Below are positions 59,222 through 64,000 of a stretch of 64,000 nucleotides of DNA, piece by piece. This DNA is from an uncultured Rikenellaceae bacterium (GTDB lineage: Bacteria; Bacteroidota; Bacteroidia; Bacteroidales; VadinHA17), in NCBI GenBank assembly GCA_964507015.1, contig CAZDOM010000002.1, positions 4,038 through 68,037 on the forward strand, in the 5' to 3' direction. Numbering within the stretch: the first letter of the stretch is position 1; each line of letters opens with the position of its first letter. The notes below the pieces were generated by a model. That model was not told where the DNA came from, searched no databases, and was given only the letters and a program-made list of their open reading frames with translations. The translations under genes were made by a program, and so were the position numbers.

Positions 59222-60742
59222 TTAAGCAAACGGAGGCTCATCATGATTATCAAAATCATTATCAGAGCTTCCCTCTGAGCCTTTGAAGTGGTCATGATTC
59301 ATCTTCGATCCCAGGGTTATACTCTGAGTGCTTCCGGTATCCGGATCGCCTTCAATATCAAAATCATCAATATCGATAAACTGTGCTTTCTCCTCCCTGA
59401 ATCTTAGTTTTACATCATCAACAGGACCGTTACGGTTTTTTGCAAGAATTATTTCAGCTATTCCTTTGGTTGATGAACCATCATCAAATGCCGGTATTCC
59501 GAATTTTTCCTGGCGATGAATAAACACTACCATATCGGCATCCTGTTCAATAGCTCCAGATTCTCTAAGATCAGAAAGGAGCGGACGTTTTGTACCTCCG
59601 CGCATTTCAACTGATCGGTTAAGCTGGGAAAGGGCTATAATAGGTACATTCAACTCCTTGGCAATACTTTTCAGGGATCGTGAGATGTTACTTACTTCCT
59701 GTTCACGGCTGCCTGCATCTTCAGGACCTGACATAAGCTGAAGATAGTCAACAATAACTATATCGAGTTTATGCTGTGCCATCAGTCGACGGCATTTTGC
59801 TCTTAGTTCAAATATCGAAATGGCAGGTGTATCATCAATGAATATAGGAGCCTGAACAAGTTTCTTGATTCTTTTATCCAGTTGTTTCCACTCCTCCTCT
59901 GAAAGACGGCCATTCCTTATCTTATCGCCCGGGATGTCGGTTTCTGCAATTATCAGCCTGTTCACAAGTTGTATTGATGACATCTCGCACGAAAAGATCG
60001 CCACCTTTTTATCATGATCGATTGCCATATTTCTCGCCATCGAAAGTGCCAGTGCAGTTTTCCCCATAGAAGGACGTGCAGCAATAATTATAAGTTCTGA
60101 TTTCTGCCACCCTGAGGTCAGCCTGTCAAGCCTTGTGAACCCCGAAGGAATACCCACCAATGCATCCTCCCGTTTGCCCGCCTCCTCAATTTCTTTTATA
60201 GCCTCCTTGATAACCATATTTATTGGAGCCACTTCCCTCTTGATATTGCCTTCAGCAACCTGGAAAAGAGCATTTTCAGAATAATCAAGAAGATCGATAA
60301 CATCTATCGAATCATCAAATGACCGTGACTGGATCTCTGTTGAGACCCTTATAAGTTCACGCTGAATATATTTCTGGGCTACTATACGTGCATGATAGTC
60401 AACATTAGCTGCCGATACTACTTTAGATGTCAGCTGGGTAAGATAGACAGGACCTCCTACACTCTCAAGCTCATTACGATTACGCAGTTCTTCAGTGACA
60501 GTATAAAGATCAACAGGAAACTCCCGCATTGAAAGATCAGAGATAGCCTTAAAAATCTTTTTATGAGCATCTTTATAAAAACTTTCAGGCTTTAGTATAT
60601 CAAGTATGGCAATTACAGCCTCCTTCTCAAGCATTATAGCTCCAAGAACTGCCTCCTCCATATCCATTGCCTGAGGAGGAACCTTTCCCATATCAGGTAA
60701 TGAAACAATATTCCTTTTATTACCTGTTGTCTGTTTTACCAT
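59222..60742 (-). CDS. dnaB: Replicative DNA helicase DnaB
   Basis: The N-terminus is PPQAMDMEEAVLGAIML. Walker A is AARPSMGKTA, followed by IVIVDYLQLM and ...ALSQLNR. Confidence 0.93.
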   Translation of the reverse strand: MVKQTTGNKRNIVSLPDMGKVPPQAMDMEEAVLGAIMLEKEAVIAILDILKPESFYKDAHKKIFKAISDLSMREFPVDLYTVTEELRNRNELESVGGPVYLTQLTSKVVSAANVDYHARIVAQKYIQRELIRVSTEIQSRSFDDSIDVIDLLDYSENALFQVAEGNIKREVAPINMVIKEAIKEIEEAGKREDALVGIPSGFTRLDRLTSGWQKSELIIIAARPSMGKTALALSMARNMAIDHDKKVAIFSCEMSSIQLVNRLIIAETDIPGDKIRNGRLSEEEWKQLDKRIKKLVQAPIFIDDTPAISIFELRAKCRRLMAQHKLDIVIVDYLQLMSGPEDAGSREQEVSNISRSLKSIAKELNVPIIALSQLNRSVEMRGGTKRPLLSDLRESGAIEQDADMVVFIHRQEKFGIPAFDDGSSTKGIAEIILAKNRNGPVDDVKLRFREEKAQFIDIDDFDIEGDPDTGSTQSITLGSKMNHDHFKGSEGSSDNDFDNHDEPPFA

Positions 60743-60927
60743 TAGTTATATTGCTGATTTATTGATATTTAAACTGGAATTACATAGTCTTACCGGCAGT
60801 TTCAAAGGTATGAATTAGCAAGTTTTAAAAACACACGATACAAGGTTTATTACAAACAAACAAGTGTTAAAAACTTGTTGAAAAACTAAAAAAGAATATC
60901 ATTAACATCAAAATCAAAAGCTAATGA

Positions 60928-60935
60928 TAATTTTG
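60928..60935 (+). promoter_or_regulatory. TAATTTTG -7-type motif directly abutting the ispE start codon
   Basis: This is a perfect TAnnTTTG match ending 1 nt before the ATG at 60937. Confidence 0.25.
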
Positions 60936-60936
60936 C

Positions 60937-61758
60937 ATGATGATTTCTTTTCCGAAAGCAAAAATCAATATTGGATTAAAGGTTGTTGCACAACGTCCAG
61001 ACGATTTCCATGACATAGAGACTATTTTCTATCCCATCCCTTTTGCAGACGCTTTGGAGTTTGTTGAATTAAAAGGGGAAAAAGCAGAAGATGAGCTTGT
61101 TGTTACAGGCATAGATATAAGAACACCACATGAGAAAAATCTCATTATCAGGGCAATTAAAAAATTAAGGGAAGGATATCGTGTTCCAAGACTCAGGATT
61201 CATCTTCATAAAGTAATCCCTCCAGGAGCCGGTTTGGGTGGAGGTTCCTCCGATGCTGCCTGCATGCTTAAAAGTCTCATTAAGCTATTTAAATATCCTG
61301 TAGGCGATAAAGAACTCATAGCCATTGCACTGGAAACAGGGAGTGATTGCCCATTCTTTCTTAATCCCGAACCTTCTTTAGCCACAGGGAGAGGTGAAAT
61401 ATTAAAACCGGTCAAACCGGTTCTTGATGGATATTATCTTATCCTTTTAAATCCGGGTTTCCAGATAAGTACACGAGAGGCCTACCTCAACTGCCATCCC
61501 GCAAAACCTGAATTCAGCCTTGAGGATCTTTACTATGGCAAGATATCTGACTGGAAAAGACTAATTGTAAATGACTTTGAAGATTTTGTCTTTAAGGTAT
61601 ACCCAAAAGTTAATGAACTGAAAAAGGCACTTTATAAAACAGGAGCTCTTTATTGTTCAATGACAGGAAGCGGTTCTTCTGTATATGGAATTTTTACGGA
61701 TAAACCCAAATTACCTGAGAAGTTTAAGGAATTTATAATCTTTGCGGGGATTATATAG
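60937..61758 (+). CDS. ispE: 4-(cytidine 5'-diphospho)-2-C-methyl-D-erythritol kinase IspE
   Basis: The N-terminus is FPKAKINIGLKV. The GHMP kinase motif is IPPGAGLGGGSSDAA. Confidence 0.88.
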   Translation: MMISFPKAKINIGLKVVAQRPDDFHDIETIFYPIPFADALEFVELKGEKAEDELVVTGIDIRTPHEKNLIIRAIKKLREGYRVPRLRIHLHKVIPPGAGLGGGSSDAACMLKSLIKLFKYPVGDKELIAIALETGSDCPFFLNPEPSLATGRGEILKPVKPVLDGYYLILLNPGFQISTREAYLNCHPAKPEFSLEDLYYGKISDWKRLIVNDFEDFVFKVYPKVNELKKALYKTGALYCSMTGSGSSVYGIFTDKPKLPEKFKEFIIFAGII

Positions 61759-61760
61759 CC

Positions 61761-62114
61761 TCACTCCATTTCTACAAGTACAATTCCCTTTGACACCTTG
61801 TCGCCTTTTTTTACCAGGACACTTTTAACAATCCCTTCCATCTTGCATTTTATATGGTTCTTCATTTTCATGGCATCAAGTATCATCAGAATATCGCCTT
61901 TTCTTACAATCTGACCAGGTTCCACCATAACATCAAGTATTGTACCCGGGATAAAACTAATTACCTGCCTGGGATCGGCAGATTTGTAAGGCTGCCGGTT
62001 TAAATACTTCTTTGCCAGTCTTGTTTTATAAATGCTGGCGTTTATATTCAATTTATCGAGATCTTCAAATTTTTTCATATAGCTTTTTACCCTTTCTAAA
62101 ACCATAAAAATCAA
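61761..62114 (-). CDS. Biotin carboxyl carrier (biotin/lipoyl attachment) protein of an acyl-CoA carboxylase/decarboxylase
   Basis: The biotinyl-lysine motif is ILDAMKMKN. The start is ambiguous: 62114 overlaps the upstream stop codon, with alternatives at 62105 and 62078 (MKKFEDL). Confidence 0.8.
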   Translation of the reverse strand: MIFMVLERVKSYMKKFEDLDKLNINASIYKTRLAKKYLNRQPYKSADPRQVISFIPGTILDVMVEPGQIVRKGDILMILDAMKMKNHIKCKMEGIVKSVLVKKGDKVSKGIVLVEME

Positions 62115-63655
62115 AATGGTGGGATACCATGTTTTTTCTGTGGTAATTGTATGGATTTGTTTTCTGATACAGTAATTGAATGAACAAGAAATTTCCTCGT
62201 TTCTCCGGGTTCGATGACTGCGTCTATATAACCGCGTGAGGCTGCCACATAGGGATTTGCAAATTTCTCCTTGTATTCCTCAACTTTTTTCTTTCTCATT
62301 TCATCAGGATTATTAGATGACAATATCTCCTTTCTGAAAATAATATTTGCAGCACCTTCCGGTCCCATAACTGCAATCTCTGCTGTTGGCCATGCAAATA
62401 CAAAGTCTGCTCTCAAATGACGTGATCCCATGGCAATATATCCTCCGCCATAGGCTTTTCTGAGTATTACCGTTATTTTAGGTGTTGTAGCTTCGCTATA
62501 TGCATATAATACTTTTGCTCCATGGCGGATAACTCCAGCATGTTCCTGGTCCACTCCCGGCATATATCCGGGTAGATCCACGAAAGTAATTATCGGAATA
62601 TTGAATGCATCACAATATCTTATGAATCGTGCGGCTTTGTCTGATGAATCAACATCCAGTACACCAGCCATTTCAAGAGGCTGATTGGCTACAAACCCCG
62701 TAGTTTTCCCGTTTATCCTGCCGAAACCTATAACTATATTTTTAGCATAAAGTTCCATGATCTCGAAGAAATCAGAATTATCAACAACTGCACGGATAAC
62801 ATCCCTGACATCATATGGCAGAGTAGGATCATCAGGGACAATTTTTTCGATATCAAATTCCGTTTTTGGCTCTTCAGGCCCAAAAGGTTTTGCTTTTTGA
62901 GTATTGCTCCAGGGAATAAAGGTTATCAGCTTTTTGATCTGCTCAAAGCATTCCTCTTCACTCTCGGCGAAGAAATGAGCATTTCCGCTTATCTCGCTGT
63001 GAATTCTCGCCCCACCCAGTTCTTCCATAGAGATCTCCTCACCAAGAACTGTTTTTATTACTTCCGGTCCTGTGATGAACATTTTGGAAATGTTGTCAAC
63101 AACAAAAACGAAGTCAGTAAGGGCAGGTGAATAAACTGCACCACCTGCGCATGGTCCGAGTATTACAGATATCTGTGGTATCACTCCGCTTGAGAGAGTA
63201 TTCCTGAAGAAGATCTCTCCATAACCGGCAAGAGAGTTTACTCCCTCCTGTATCCTTGCACCACCCGAATCGTTGATACCAATGAGGGGCATCCTCATTT
63301 TCAGAGCATGGTCCATGATCTTTGTGATTTTCCTGGAATGCATCAAACCAAGTGAACCACCTGCAACTGTGAAATCCTGAGCAAATATTGCCACGGTCGC
63401 TCCATAAATAGTCCCAGTCCCGATAACCACTCCATCACTTGCAAGTGTCTTTTTATCCATGTCAAAATCACGGGCATCATGTTCAACAAAAAGATCATAT
63501 TCATCAAATGAATCCTTATCAAGGAGAGACATGATACGCTCACGGGCTGTTCGTTTGCCAAGTGCCTTTTGCTTTTCTATGGCCTGCACACCACCTCCCA
63601 TTAAAAGCTTCTGCCGCTTCTTATGCAATTCTTCTATTTTCTTATTAAGTGCCAT
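62111..63655 (-). CDS. Acyl-CoA carboxyltransferase subunit (propionyl-CoA carboxylase beta / methylmalonyl-CoA decarboxylase alpha type)
   Basis: The carboxyl-transferase N and C domains are present: DSGGARIQEG, GPCAGGAVYSPALTDF, ...RKAYGGGYIAM. Confidence 0.88.
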   Translation of the reverse strand: MALNKKIEELHKKRQKLLMGGGVQAIEKQKALGKRTARERIMSLLDKDSFDEYDLFVEHDARDFDMDKKTLASDGVVIGTGTIYGATVAIFAQDFTVAGGSLGLMHSRKITKIMDHALKMRMPLIGINDSGGARIQEGVNSLAGYGEIFFRNTLSSGVIPQISVILGPCAGGAVYSPALTDFVFVVDNISKMFITGPEVIKTVLGEEISMEELGGARIHSEISGNAHFFAESEEECFEQIKKLITFIPWSNTQKAKPFGPEEPKTEFDIEKIVPDDPTLPYDVRDVIRAVVDNSDFFEIMELYAKNIVIGFGRINGKTTGFVANQPLEMAGVLDVDSSDKAARFIRYCDAFNIPIITFVDLPGYMPGVDQEHAGVIRHGAKVLYAYSEATTPKITVILRKAYGGGYIAMGSRHLRADFVFAWPTAEIAVMGPEGAANIIFRKEILSSNNPDEMRKKKVEEYKEKFANPYVAASRGYIDAVIEPGETRKFLVHSITVSENKSIQLPQKKHGIPPF

Positions 63656-63736
63656 AAAATGATAATATTAGAAAAAGTTCCATGACCTCTCGAAGTCAGG
63701 GGTACAATTTTAAACAAAATGAATGACTTAAGAATA

Positions 63737-64000
63737 CTATTTCGGAGCCAATTTGTAAAGAATCATGCCTATAATGATATAAATCATATTTGGTAACCAC
63801 ATGGCAACCATTGGACTCAGGTTACCCTTTACGGAAAATTGTGCGGCAAACTGAAGGAAAAGTATATAAGAAAAACTCAGAGCAAGCCCTATTCCTATGT
63901 TCATCCCTATCCCTCCTCTCAGTTTTTGAGAAGAAAGAGCAACACCTATCAATGTAAGAATGAACACTGCAAAGGGACTTGCAAAACGCCGGTGCTTCTC
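63737..64000 (-). CDS. LptF/LptG-family permease, C-terminal part only because the gene continues beyond the right edge
   Basis: The C-terminus ...GNLSPMVAMWLPNMIYIIIGMILYKLAPK* is typical of the family. The frame stays open from 63968 to 64000 (EKHRRFASPFA). The track start at 63967 is an internal GTG. Confidence 0.65.
   Translation of the reverse strand, partial: EKHRRFASPFAVFILTLIGVALSSQKLRGGIGMNIGIGLALSFSYILFLQFAAQFSVKGNLSPMVAMWLPNMIYIIIGMILYKLAPK

Noticed and set aside
60743-60936. Possible replication origin next to dnaB
   Set aside because: I saw no cluster of DnaA-box-like 9-mers (TTATCCACA variants) in the 194-bp gap. It contains only a single 7-bp palindrome (AACAAGT/ACTTGTT). dnaB adjacency is not an origin marker.

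Overview
This is a compact, AT-rich (roughly 40% GC by eye) chromosomal segment that looks Bacteroidota-like. Supporting features are TAnnTTTG -7 promoter boxes, no Shine-Dalgarno spacing, a MurF-Alr fusion, DUF1573, GWxTD, DUF5686 and GldB-like proteins, and many lipoprotein signals. I can support about 50 coding regions, nearly all housekeeping: recA, uvrA, dnaB, smpB, miaA, rlmD, rlmB, rsmI, nadE, tdk, ispE, lpd, a zinc-type ABC importer, an ECF sigma pair, a two-component system and peptidases. There is also one tRNA-Ser(GCU), two decayed gene remnants, and three items absent from the ORF track: a 56-aa ferredoxin and edge-truncated genes at both ends. I saw no transposase, integrase, CRISPR array or prophage. 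The only accessory-looking locus is at 2.7-5.9 kb. It holds a 761-aa OLD/PARIS/Gabija-style ABC ATPase with a long coiled-coil insertion and a C-terminal region that may be a Toprim-like domain with substituted catalytic positions. This gene is tightly coupled to a stand-alone PP2C/SpoIIE phosphatase and wedged between rlmD and tRNA-Ser. It is my best candidate for an undescribed system, but the assignment is inference from motifs only. Secondary observations are unusual 7-nt-periodic imperfect hairpin terminators, GC-rich multi-hairpin intergenic modules, a G-quadruplex-type tract, an M14 peptidase paralogue pair with swapped or lost zinc ligands, and an ECF-sigma-linked membrane-anchor/beta-barrel protein.
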